Made by a program: the position numbers and the translations under genes | Part shown: piece after piece, positions 1 through 13,700 of the stretch | How positions within the stretch are numbered: the stretch's first letter is position 1 | How the letters are laid out: every line of letters begins with the position of its first letter | Origin: Eledone cirrhosa | Lineage: Eukaryota | Assembly: GCA_964016885.1 (NCBI GenBank) | Contig: OZ024746.1 | Coordinates: forward strand, 18,228,001 to 18,292,000 | Direction of reading: 5' to 3' | DNA: 64,000 nucleotides | The notes under the pieces: generated by a model | What the model saw: only the letters and a program-made list of their open reading frames with translations | Databases searched by the model: none | Told to the model about the DNA's origin: nothing

Positions 1-288
1 ACCACCAACAACACCACCAACAACACCACCAACAACACCACCACCACCAACACCACCACCAACACCACCACCAACACCACCACCAACACCACCACCAACA
101 CCACCACCACCACCACCACCACCACCACCAACACCACCACCAACACCACCACCAACACCACCACCAACACCACCACCAACACCACCACCAACACCACCAC
201 CAACACCACCACCAACAACACCACCAACAACACCACCAACAACACCACCAACAACACCACCAACAACACCACCAACAACAACACCACC

Positions 289-320
<32 letters not shown>

Positions 321-330
321 CACCAACACC
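1..330. repeat. (ACC/AAC)n trinucleotide microsatellite
   Basis: Directly visible; runs off the window start. Confidence 0.97.
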
Positions 331-859
331 ACTTTTTCTATACTGGCATAAATTGTAGAAGTCTTTTTGAGGCAATATTCTATGACTGAATATGCTCTTC
401 CTAATGCCAACCCGTAGTTATTTTTAATTATCATACTTTTTACACTGGTCTTTACTCATTGAATTGCTAAGCTGCAGGACACAAACAATTGTCACTGAAT
501 GCTTTTTGTTGTTGTTTTTATGTTAACATAAAGACATACATTGAGACAAACATAATCATACACAGACACATATCCGTAGACATATATATGTGTGTGTGTG
601 TATGTATATATATATTTATAAGAAAGCTTGCCAAATAAAGAAATTGATAGTTAAAACTATTACCCGAAATGCATGTGTGTATCTGCGTGTGTGTGTGTAT
701 CTATATGTGTGTATGTGTTTTCTAAATTTTGTAAAAGAGGCACAGGAAGAAATTTTTATCTGGGATCAATTTTCAACATTAATTAAATTAAAATAAATTA
801 AAATGTTTTGTTATTTCTAATATTTTTCTAAATTCTCAAAATTTCTTTTTTATTTGTAG

Positions 860-952
860 GTGTATCAGATGTAATATGCCAACTGAACTATTGTGGAACA
901 TGTACAGTGGAATGGTATAATGCTCACTCTGGTGAAGTTCAAGAATGTCAAG
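860..952 (+). CDS. KCP: KCP-like exon 1 in window, non-VWC Cys module
   Basis: tttgtag|GT...CAAG|gtaat, phase 1-1, GVSDVICQLNYCGTCTVEWYNAHSGEVQECQ. Confidence 0.75.
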
Positions 953-3900
953 GTAATAGCTTTCTGAAATTGGGAAAATTGTTTAAAGCAATTTAATAAA
1001 TTTCAAATATAATATGATTTGCATATGTTGAGAAATAAACTTTACATTAAATTTATATATTCTATATAAGGATACAATGAGTCGTAGGAACATCAGATAG
1101 AAAGCTTTGCAGTATTCATTTTGGTTCTCTGCTCTCTGAGTTCAAATCCCGCCAAGGTTAACTTTGTCTTTCATTCTTTTGAAATTTCTAAAACTGTTTA
1201 GAACTGGTATTGTACTAGTTTTGATTCTTTCACTATATCTCTTTCTCACTTCCTCTCTCTATCCTTCTTTGGAAGAAATTTGCCATATTCAGACCTGGAG
1301 AGGTTTTTAAATGCCCTAGAAACCCCATCTATCAACTACGACTCTCTCAGGAGTTATGGGACCATACTGCATACAATGTTAGATTAAGGAATCCTCTGAT
1401 TGATATATTCAGCCATTGCAATACTTGTAGAAATAATAGAATTATGTTCCCTGTAATTATTACCTACAAGAATTAATAGTAATAAAAATAAATTTACACA
1501 AAAAAAAACTATGCTTCAAATATATGTGAATAGATCATCTTTATGCCAGTCTCTATTTTGATGAATCTTTCCAGGTTGTAAAGATGAATACAATCGGCAT
1601 AAACCTGAAAGATCATCATGGATCAACTCTGAGTGCCAAAATTGTACATGTCAGGTAAGAAGAGTTTATTTACTTTGTTTTGATGCAATTTGAAATACAA
1701 GCTTTATTTCTAAATATATCCATATATTACCATCAACATATACTAAACATTTTGTCAGATCTTCTAGTATAGCACCTACTTAGAGGAGAAAATAGTTGAG
1801 GAAATTTGGACCAATTTTATTTGGATATTATTGGAACTAATCTAAAATTAATTGCGTACGTCATCCTTAATTTTCAGACGACTCTGTGACTCAATATTGT
1901 AGGAACTAATCTAAAATTATGTCATCTTTGGCAGTCTCTGTGACTTAATATTTGTCAACCCTATTTTCATCTCTTTCAAATATCTTTCTTCAGTCTGATT
2001 TCATTGACTGCCAGCCTGTCATATGTCCCGATGTTTCATGTCTCTTCCCTGCCACAGCCACTGGGAAATGCTGTCCAAGTTGTGAAGGTAAGGCTTTTAA
2101 AATATAATTAAAATCATGTTTGTTCTCACAAAAAAAACATGTGATCCCTCAATTTGCTACTTCTCAATATTGAGACATCACAGCTCTAATATTACAGATA
2201 TGTGGCTAGAATGTCTCAGGAAAGAATCACAGCTCCAATATCATGGAAATGTGGTTAAAATGTCTCGGGAAAGAACCTCTGGATAGATTTTATGGTCAAA
2301 ACCAACTGTCAAGAGACCCAGGGGTAAACCCCAAGCAAGATGGTTGGATAACATCCATCAGTTTGGCTGGTCTCACTTAGGGATCCAGCTAGATCAATTG
2401 GAGATGGTTGCTTCTGACAAAACCCGCTGGAAGGAGTGTTTGCTGACTCTGCTCCCACGACCCTCCCAGGGATAAGTAGGCGAAGATGTTTGTTCTCTTT
2501 TGTCAGTCAAGGCAAGTAGAGTTGTCTCTTCACAATGGTTCAACACAATGGCTGTGATAAAGGTTTGAAATTGTGAACTTATGGTCAGTAGTCCAGTCAG
2601 TTAAAATCATAATTATTGAACATTATAAATAGTTTGTATTTTTTTAAGGGCGGTGGATTGGCAGTATCGGTAGAGAGTCGGACGCCATGCTTTCCAGCAT
2701 AGTTACGTCCCTTTACGGTCTGAGTTCAAATCCTGCCGAGGTTCACTTTGCCTTTCATCCTTACAGGGTCGATAAAATAAAGTACCAGTAATGTACTGGG
2801 TAATTGCTGGCCTTGTGCCAAAAAAGTAGAAACAATTATAAATAGTTTGTATTTTTTTAATCTTACACTGGTAATTATTTAATTGTTGCATCATCATTGT
2901 ATTTAGTTGTTGATTTTATATTGCAGTTGGCTGTAACTATGATGGCATTTTCCACTCTTTGAATAGTTCATTTACCCACTCCATAGATGCCTGTCAAACA
3001 TGTTCTTGTCTAAAAGGCAATGTGTTTTGTGAAGAAAAAATATGTACTTCTCTTGATTCTTGTCAAACACCTTTTGTCCTGGATAATGATTGCTGTCCAT
3101 CTTGTTTGGATTGTGGTGAACATCTCAATGGCTCCCAATGGATGGAAAGCAATTGTGAACACTGTATCTGTTTGGTGAGATTTCTTCATTTTCTCATTCC
3201 TTTTAATGTGACTTTCAAATAAAAAGGAAGAATATATTTTCTTATGATCATTTTTGAGGAATGCTCTCTATATGTAGAGTAAAAGCTCATACATAAACTA
3301 GTGGAGGTGCATGGCCTAGTGGTAAGGGTGTTGGACTTAGGATCATAATGTTGGCTTGATTCCTGGACTGGGTTGTGTGTTGTGTTCTTGAGCAAAACAC
3401 TTCATTTCACGTTGCTCCAGTATACTCAGCTGAAAATGAGTACCAGCTATAACTGGGGTTTAACCTGGCGATGGACTGGCATCTTGTCCAGGGGAGAGTC
3501 TTGTACTCTATCACTTTACACCATGGAAACCAGGATAAGCTCCAGCCTGATGAGCCTCCAGGCTTGAGATATATTTTAGACTTTTTTAGACATACTCGAT
3601 CTAACAAATATGCACATCAGCAAACACACAGTTTTTTTATTATCTAATTTTACAGAATGGCAGTGTGAAATGTGATCAAACAGTATGTCCAGAAATTGAA
3701 TGTAAATACCCAGTACTTCCTGATGGAGAATGTTGTCTCAGATGTCATGGTAACATATTTTATGCAGCACATTATTTTATTTCTGTGATTGATTAATTCT
3801 GAAATTAAGGAATTAAAAAATATACAATATGATGATGATGATGATGTGTTTTTTAATATTTTTGTTTGGGATCTAATTTTTCTGACTAAAGTAATTAGCA

Positions 3901-4383
3901 TTAGACACCATGCTTTGCAGCATATAGTTACAACCCTTTACGTTCTGAGTTCAAATCCCGCTGATGTTAGCTTTGCCTTTCGTCCTTACAGGGCCAATAA
4001 AATAAAGCACCTGTAATGCATTGGGGTCGATTTAATCAACTTTACCCTCCCCAAAATTGCTGGTCTTGTGCCTATAGTAGAAATCATTATTATTATTATT
4101 TAATTGGGCAGTGGCTTGGCAGTATCGGTAGAGGGTCGGACGCCATGCTTTGCAGCAAAGAGTTACGGCCCTTTATGGTCTGAGTTCAAATCCCGCCGAG
4201 GTTAACTTTGCCTTTCATCCTTACGTGGTCGATAAAATAAAGTACCAGTAATGCACTGGGATAATTGCTGGCCTTGTGCCTAAAGTAGAAACAATTATTA
4301 TAATTTAATTGATAGCGAAAGATAAATTATGTATATATATATACATATATTACTTATAGGGTGTTAGAAAAAATATATATATT

Positions 4384-4414
<31 letters not shown>

Positions 4415-4451
4415 CATCATTTAACGTCCATTTTCCACACAAGCATGGGTT

Positions 4452-4485
<34 letters not shown>

Positions 4486-4667
4486 CCTCTCTCTATCTCT
4501 CTCCCTCTCTCTATCTCTCTCCCTCTCTCTATCTCTCTCTCTCTATCTCTCTCTCTCTATCTCTATCTCTCTCTCTCTATCTCTATCTCTCTATCTCTCT
4601 ATCTCTCTATCTCTCTCTATCTCTCTATCTCTCTCTATCTCTCTATCTCTCTCTCTCTATCTCTCTC

Positions 4668-4754
<87 letters not shown>

Positions 4755-7700
4755 CTCTCTTTCTCCCTCTCTCTCTCTCTCTTTCTCCCTCTCTCTTTCT
4801 TTCTCTCTCTCTCTCTCACATTATAGGTTGTTAGAAAAAAAAAATCCAAGTAAAACTGAGCAAATCCATTCATCTTACAGATTGCCTGGTTGACGGAAAA
4901 CTGATATCGAATGATAATGTGTTTACAATGTCTGTAAATGGATGCCAGGAATGTTATTGTAGTGAAGGAGACATTCTATGTAGACAAGTTAATTCTTGTG
5001 ATAAAGTTGATTGCAAGAATACAATCTTATCAAAAGGAAAATGCTGTCCCGAATGCAAAGGTAATATATAATTTAGTTGATTCATTATTTGATTGAATAT
5101 AAATTGGATTTTCGAATTTACCAGGAAATAATTCAAAATTTATTTATTTCTAGGTTGCAAAGAAGGACATATTGATTACAACCATGGAGATATGGTGGCA
5201 AATAATAATTCTTGTACAAACTGCCAATGTATTGAAGGTATTTTAGATTTACTTTCATTATGTATGTATACATGATCCTGTGACCCCTGATGGAGTTGTA
5301 GGGATACCTTATTGACATACAGCATTTCTTGGGACATTTTAAAACTAGGCAGGGCCCATCTCCTCTCCAGGTCTGATTAGAGTAGATCTTCCAGAGAACG
5401 ATAGCGAGTGAGAGAGAGGAAGTGAGAAAGAGATATAGAGGAAGAATCGACCCTAGTACTAGACTGGTATTTTTTTTATTTATCTCAAATTGGCTGTTTT
5501 GTTTTTCAGTTTCATAAGCTTCTGTTCCCTTGTGAATAGTTTGTGTCCATGATTTCCTATTGTTCTTCCTCAATGTCACATATCTGGAGGGATTTTTCAG
5601 GGTGTAGCAAAGCTTAGGCTGTCTTCTTGGTTGATGACTCTCTGTCAGTTCACTGTAGGCTTTGATAACCTGCTTTCCTGCATGCGCAGGATGCATGAGG
5701 TGATAAAAATTTAGAAATATGTGCCTAGCATTCTCACTGGCTACTGAAATAGCTGTAACTGTGAAATTGATTTTAGTTTTATACAGTAAAAAATCTTTAA
5801 AAATCAGCTCTTTAGTTGCCATATTTTTCATCAATCCTCCTAGTCTGTAGTCATTTTATTATTTCTTGAAAGGTATTGTGTTCTGCAGGGAGAGGCAATG
5901 TGCCAAACTGAAGTGTCCGCGTACCAGAAATCTTACAGGACAATGTTGTCCCCAATGTGAACCATTCTGTGAATTCAAAGGTCTTGTATTCAGTGAAAGA
6001 GAGAAAATCAATGATCCCAGTGACCCATGTCTACAGTGTACATGTCAACTGAAAGAAGAAACCAATTCTATTGGAGAGCACCAATTAGTAAGTTACATTA
6101 TAATGTCTATATATCAAATAGCATATAAAACAAACAACTATAAATCTTTCAATCACATTTAGACTAAATAGCTTTGTAGGCTTCTTCACTTTTTCTTGAG
6201 TCATTCCTCCATTGAAGGTGAAGCATGCACAAAGTTCTTGTTCCAGACTTTCCAATCTCTCAAGAAGATCCCATCCATTGAGGCCAGTGTCCCTCACCAA
6301 CAGAGTCCCAGTGGTTATGTTTAGATGACCTACTCTGCATTTTGCATATGGTGTCCATCAGGAAAATAGCCATGCTCTGTATGCAGAAAAGGAATTGGTA
6401 GGACTTCTATGTAAACTGTGGGTACACAAGTGATGTAGTGGAATGTATGAGCAAGACAGTTATCTGATCAGTCTAGCCTCAGAACATGACAATCCATTTA
6501 ACCCATGCAAGCATGGATGAGATATGTAAAACAATGATGACGATGATGATGATATATAACATTGCTTAAATTTTACATTTCTTTATTTCCTCTTGTTTGC
6601 AGTTACCAAGCATAAACTGTTCGTACATGAAAGATAAGTGTGAAGCCACCAATTGTGTTCACCCTGCAAGGATGCCACATCAGTGTTGTCCAGTCTGTGA
6701 AAACTGTTATTATTTAAGGAGACTGTTCTATAATAACCAAAGTTTTACTTTGACAGACAGTGACCCTTGCAAAGTATGTACATGTAAGGTAAGTCATCAT
6801 CATCGTTGTCATGATTACCCCCACCACCATCACCCTTATCACCTCCATTACCATCATCATCATCATCACTACCCCCATCATCGTCATCACCATTATCATC
6901 ACCACCACCACCACCACCACCACCACCACTACCACCACCACCACTACCACCACCACTACCACCACCACAACTGAATATAACAGTTTACAATAATTTTTTT
7001 TATTTCTTGAAGGATGGAAATGTTTCATGTAAAAGAAGAGAGTGTCCCTTTTTGAATTGCTCAAATCCTGTAATACTTCCAAACCAATGTTGTCCTGTCT
7101 GTGAAAATGGTTGTCGTACAGAAAGAGGTGCTTATTATATTGAAGGTCAAACCTTTGATGACCCTCAAGATGTTTGTCGCTCCTGCATTTGTTTAGTAAG
7201 ACATTTTTCTTGAACTAATTCAGTTTGATTTCCTTTAAATAAACTTTAGATCTATTCATTTACTTTTGTTACCAATCTGGCCAAAACTGGCTCTGCTTCT
7301 CCCAAATAAAGTCATCCATTTTAAAGGTTTTCAATTTAATTTAAAATCTTCCAACATAATTTTATATAAGCATGGGTCTGTCTAACACATGCTAACGTGG
7401 AAGATGGACGTTAAATGATGATGATGATGAACCTTACATTAAGTAATGAAATTATTAATAATTAGTAATGAAATTATTAATAATTTTAGTAAATCCCTTG
7501 AAGTTCTTTATTAATTAATTGAAATAGAGTGTACTTCATAAAAAATGCAGTCATGAAAGGGTTAATCAATCATTGATCAATATTCTTGCCTGATATTGAT
7601 TTGTTCCTAGTCTTTGTAAAATCATATCAAACGTTTAGAAAAACTAATTTTAGGATGAAAAATTGTCAGTAAACATTTATAATAAAAGTTGGCTTAAATT

Positions 7701-10700
7701 ATGAAAACTAAAATTTAAAAAAAGCAAACAAACAAACAAATTTGATATTTTTCTTCTAGAACAGACAGATTGTTTGTAGAGTTAAAGAATGCCCTCCACT
7801 CTCATGTTCTCACCCAGCTCGAGAACCTAGAAGCTGCTGTCCCGTTTGTGACTTTTGTCATTATGATCGAAGAATCTTCAGAGATAAGCAGAGATTTTTT
7901 GATCCACGTCTTCCAACAAGAACATGTGAATGTTTGGTAAGTTAAAATGGATACTTGTTTTCTTCTTCTTCATCCACTTATTCCTGGGCAAGTCATAGGG
8001 GCAGAATCCTCAAACACTCCTTCCAGCAGCTCCTTTCAGAAGCAACTGTTTCCATTTGATCTGGTTGGATAAGGAAGTCAGGACCAGGTATCCAGATACT
8101 ATTGCAAAATGGCAATTTATTTTCTCATTTTATTATCAGTTTATTTAGTTTCTCAACTTATTTAAGTTATTCCTAACTTCAGATTTACTTGCATTTTTTT
8201 TACTGCAATTACTCTTGGTTATCAAATCATTATAATTATTTACCATGGAGAAGACAGCCCATCTAAGAGAGCAATGACTCTGAATGAATTATGACTGCAT
8301 AGGGCAGATGTGGGCTCTGTAAGCCATGGAGAAGGCAACCTGTCTAGGAAAGCAGTCATTCTGAATAAAAGCTGATACAGGGTAGAGAGGACTCTTTAGT
8401 CCAGTAAGACAACTTCTTTAGTGTTGGCCATATGAATAATGCACCCAGTCCATGCCGTAAAGTGGTTGGTGATAGGAAGGACATCCATTTAGTAAAATCT
8501 TGCCAAAATTGTACAAAGTACCTGCATATTATTGCATGTTTATATCATACTCCTATACATCTCTTACTGTTTTGAAGGATCTTACCTCATCAATTCTTCT
8601 TTCAATGACATTTTCTTTTCCAAACAAAAAAATAAAAAAATTGTTAATTGCCCCTCTTAGACAATTAATGATAAAAATGGTTTATGAAACAACTGGAATA
8701 AATGATCAGAATCAATTAGAAGCTAAAATTAATTCTTGTGTAAACTTGAAATTAATACTTTAAACATTTGAATATTTTTTTGTCCAATTTCAGGCTGGTT
8801 CAGTTGTATGTGAGGCAGATGACCCAACCTGTTTATATGATGGGAAGACATATAAAGAAAAAGAAGTTTTCGTAAGCAAATGTGAAGAGTGTATATGTCA
8901 AAACTCAAAAGTGACCTGTCGGCTAATCTCTTGTCCTAACTTGCAATGTTCTCATCCAGCAGAAACTGTTGAATGTTGCCGCACTTGTGATAGTAAGTTG
9001 ATTTCTTTTGAGTTATCATTGTTTAATTTTCTTGGCAATACACAATCAGTTATTGCTTTTTTTTTTTTGTGTGTGAGGGGGAGGAGGGGTAACAATTTTC
9101 ACTGTAGAACATACCTCCTCCTTCACAAATACTACATGTCAACTCACTTCAAATTATTTAGAAAGTTATTTAAATATGTTATGTATATATATATGTGTGT
9201 GTATGTATATGTGGTTTGCGTTAGGAAGGGCATCCAACCGTAGAAAACCTGCCAGGTAGTCCTATACGAGTGAGACATGGTCACCCGACCAATCTTGCCT
9301 CAAGTGGGACAATTCCTGTCTAACCCATGCTAGCGTGGAAGATAGATGTTAAACGATGATGATGATGGTGATATACACACACACGCACATGCACACACAA
9401 ATGAGATTATTTTTATTAACTTTGTTAATGCTTTTATTTATGTTATATTTTTAGATTGTACATTCTATGGAAAAAATGTTCAAAATAAAGAAGTCTTTCA
9501 GGATCCCCAAGATACTTGCAGTACTTGCCAATGTCAAGATGGCAATGTTGTATGCAATAAAAACTTTTGCCCTACTTTGCTCTGCACTCATCCAAACCAA
9601 GAGCCAGGAGAATGCTGTCAGTCATGCCAAAATTGTCACTACCTTTCACAAACCTTTCAGAATAGCAAAGTATTTCCCAATCCAGTGAATTCTTGTGAAA
9701 CTTGTGAATGTCAGGAGGGTTCGGTGAGATGTGTAACAGAACAGTGTTCACAAGTTTCATGTACTCATCCTTCCAAACGTAACAGTTGTTGTCCCACGTG
9801 CAACAACTGTCATTTTGAAGGTCATGATATTCAAGATAGACAAAAGTTTGCTCATCCTAATAATGACTGTGAAATTTGTGAATGTATGAAAGGTAGTGTG
9901 ACATGTACATCAAAAGATTGTCAGCCTGTGACCTGTAATAATCCAGTTATTGAGAATTGCTGCCCAATCTGTACTGACTGTTACTATGAAGGTAGAACAT
10001 TAATAAACCAGCAGAGATTTGCTCATGAAACTGATAAATGTCAAACATGCCAATGTCACAATGGAAATATTCATTGCACTAACGAGGATTGTCCTATTGT
10101 AGAATGTACTCATCCTGCTAAGAAACACTGTTGCAAGGTATATATTTTCTTTAAAATAATTTTTCTAGATGATTATTTAATCAGTACAATGTAAACAAAT
10201 TGTTATTGAAGAAATTCCCTAATTTCTTTAAAATGGAGGTCATATGTTTAGACTTAGAATCTCATGTGTCTTGAGACACATGAGTCAGCAAAAGTGCTAC
10301 AATGACCACAGTCGATAGTATTTATCAATGCATCCCACATTTTGAGACACATGAGGCAGCCAAAGTGATCCAATGACCATGGTCCATTGTATCTATCAAT
10401 ACATTATTCCAACTTTTGTGAACAGGTTTCTGGTCCCTATCAAACGTCTACCACCAGTTCATCTTGGGACATTCTCTTCACCTATTTCCATGGGGGTTTC
10501 ATGACAGGACCTGATTTGCATATCCCTCACTTGGGAGTCATGTGATGTGTCCCAACCAGCCATGTCGATGCTTGCACATGATGTTAGACACGCGTTGATG
10601 GGTTTGTTGATGGACTTCTTTGTTAGTGATAAAGTCATCCCAGCTGATGCCAAGGGTTTTCCGTAGGCATTTGGTATCAAAAGTCCTAAATCTTAGATCT

Positions 10701-13700
10701 TCATGTTATTCTATAAACATGGTTTGACTACATGTAGCATATCCAGGATTTGTCTGTGGCTGCTTTCCATATAAAAAGCTGACTGAGGCAACAACAACAA
10801 TAATTGTGTCATTTTCAGTTCTCTCCACAGTGATCTACATTGCACTGTGAACAGGTTGGTAACAGGAAAGGCATCCAAGCATAGAAAACCTGCCAAACAA
10901 ACAGTTGAGAGGACCATTCAGTTGTGTCAAAGACACAACTCCCTAGTAATTTGAAATGGTATTAAGATAGCATGGTTCATCAAAGGGGTGTATATGAAAG
11001 CATATATGATATGTTTATGTATAATAAACATATGAGAGCCTCACTATGAATTTTTTTTTAAAGCAGTGATCATATCACAGCTATCTCAGTAGTGGTGAGA
11101 ATGCTAGACAATAGTTTCTGGATTTGATTTTTAGTGCTGGTGACAGTATAAAATGCACTTGGTAGAGCATGGGATTGTATATAAGCATGATGCCCCATCT
11201 GAGAGGTCAGTAGTCCTGCTTGAGTACTGACTTGGTCTGTGAAAACCCATCTAACCCTTGCTAGCAGGGAAAACAGATGTTAAATGATGATGTTATTATT
11301 GATATAACTTTAATATTTGGACAGTTTGTATAAAAAATACTACCACTGCTAGTAATATTCCTACAATCTTCTTTTATATCAGTTGCTCACAAGCAGGGCC
11401 GAATTTGTTGTGAGGAGGGGAGATGATGAATGCCTTGTGCACCCCATGTCAAACAGGACCGCCTCTAGGAACAGCTCTGGGCTCCACAAACCAGACCTGT
11501 CTCTACAAACCCACCTAACCTGCCGCAGTCCCCCACCAAACCTGAACTGCCCCCCAAGCCACACAAGATCTATTTATTTCAAACTAATGTAAAATTATTT
11601 TCAAGTATTTACCTTATATTAAAACCTACTCAGAATACAACTTTATTATTATTCTTCACAGGAATGCTATGATTGTTCATACAATGGGACTTTATATGGT
11701 AACGAAATGGTCTTCCGAGATCCAGTCAACCTGTGTATGAGGTGCATTTGTGAAAAGGGAAATGTTGAGTGCGAAGAAAGGGAGTGTGAACCTGTTCAGT
11801 GCCAAAGCCCTAACATTATTGATTGCTGTCCTGTTTGTGAAGATTGTGTCTATAATAATCAGGTACTTGATACTTTTATTAGTACTAGTACATAACCTGT
11901 TATTAATACTAGTATATATGTTCTAACTACTCACAGAATATGAGAACAAACTTTTTTTCATATTTGATAAGATTGATATACCGATTGAAACCAGTAATAT
12001 TTGACAAATATAAATCCACTTAATGTAACAATTATTAAATTATTCATTCTGTCAAACAAAACAAAAATAATCTTTAAATATACCTGTGTGCTTTTTCACT
12101 TTTACTTTTTACTTATATATATATATATTTATATATCAGGATTAAACTAGTTAGACTGTTATTCAACAAAGTACTGGAAACTTGGTCTTCCCAATCTCAG
12201 TACCACAGACTCTCCCTTTCTTTCTTTATATATATATATATATAAGCATACACAAGGATAGAGAGACAAACATAGATTACGCTATTACTAGAAAACAATT
12301 TCTGGCATGAATGAAAACATTTTAGAACATTTGCATCCTTCCCTTGCATTTTTGTCTTTTAATTGTCTTTCATGAATTCTAAATAAACGTTTTAGAGATG
12401 TTTGACAGATCATAGCATTTGTGTGTGAGACAGATGGACAAAAAAGAACTACAGTTATTATAATATAAATTGGAATTAGTTATTTTGTGTTATGATTTAG
12501 TTTTTGGTTTTCTTTGTTTTTGTTAATATTTTAGATTGGATCTGGTGTTAATTTATTTTTCCAGGTAGTTAAAAATGGAAGGAGTATACAGCATGAACAA
12601 GACAAATGTCAGACATGTGTATGTCAATCAGGGAATATACGCTGTACTAAAAATGAATGTAAAGAGGAGACTTGCTCTCATCCTGTACTACAAAACTGCT
12701 GTCATGTATGTTCAGACTGTAAATGGAATTCTACATTTGTTGTAAGCAATGGTGGTCAAGTCTTGGATGAAATACAATGTGAAGTATGTGAATGTCATAA
12801 TGGTAATTTACATTGTGTTCCAAAAGACTGTCCACAAGCTAGATGTTCTCATCCAGTGAAAAAGAAATGTTGTTCCATATGTGATGACTGTTTCTTAAAT
12901 AACAAGATAATCCCAAATGGAAGAGAACAGCAGATTGGAAATGATAATCCATGCCGTGTGTGCAAATGTCAGGTAGGACAGTTTATATTTCAAATATTCC
13001 ATCAATTAGACATTTCTTCCAGTAATCTTGGTTCTAAAATCTTGATCTCTTTACACTTCTATTATATTTGATTTTTGTATCAAACCAATCAGTTATTGTA
13101 GAAAATCAGGGTTTCGAAACACTTGCTTGAGGGGGAAAATCAGGGTTTCGAAACACTTGCTTGAGGGGGTGGGATTGTATGTATATATGTTGGTAAATAT
13201 ATTTAACTTAATAAATATTTATGCTAGAACACAGTGTACATTTAAAGATTTTAATGTATTTATTTTTTTGAGGTAGATATAATTACAATTCTAAATTAGA
13301 AATCTTTGCTGGGAAATGAATGAAGTATTTATACTTCACATTTTATTTTTTTAATATATATATATCTTAATTTTTAGTTCACATTAATCTTCTAGTGTCA
13401 ACTTTACCTTTCTTCCTTTTAAGGTCGATAAAAAAAAGAACCAGTTTAGTGCTGGGGTCGATTTTTTTTCTCTTTATCTCTTTCTTACTTCCATTCTCTC
13501 TGCTTTATTCAGAGCTGGAGAGGAGATAGGTTCTGCAAGGTTTAAAAAAAAAATACCCTAGAAACACCATTTGTCAATGCGGTGCCCCTATGACTCCCTC
13601 ATGAGTTACGGGACTATGTATGTAATGTTCTAGTAATATTAAACAATTTATAGTTATGTTTTGTCTCTCATAGGTAATTGTTGTACACAGATCTATTGCT

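Noticed and set aside
1-330. Telomeric or coding Thr/Pro repeat
   Set aside because: Mixed ACC/AAC microsatellite in intronic context with no splice signals.
2648-2740. tRNA gene
   Set aside because: A and B boxes belong to a SINE head; no cloverleaf, and it is followed by a SINE body.
3520-3565. GAAAC...CTGATGAG in the family B SINE tail as a hammerhead
   Set aside because: Stems I and III and a cleavage triplet cannot be formed in the required topology.
4361-4893. Long SL and ER dipeptide ORFs
   Set aside because: Translation of a (CT)n microsatellite.
5133-5834. 233 aa minus-strand ORF
   Set aside because: No recognisable domain; overlaps a SINE and the antisense of a real exon.
6789-6974. 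His-rich or Thr-rich ORF extension
   Set aside because: It is an intronic (CAT/CAC)n microsatellite after a strong gtaagt donor; the VWC repeat continues correctly at 7013.
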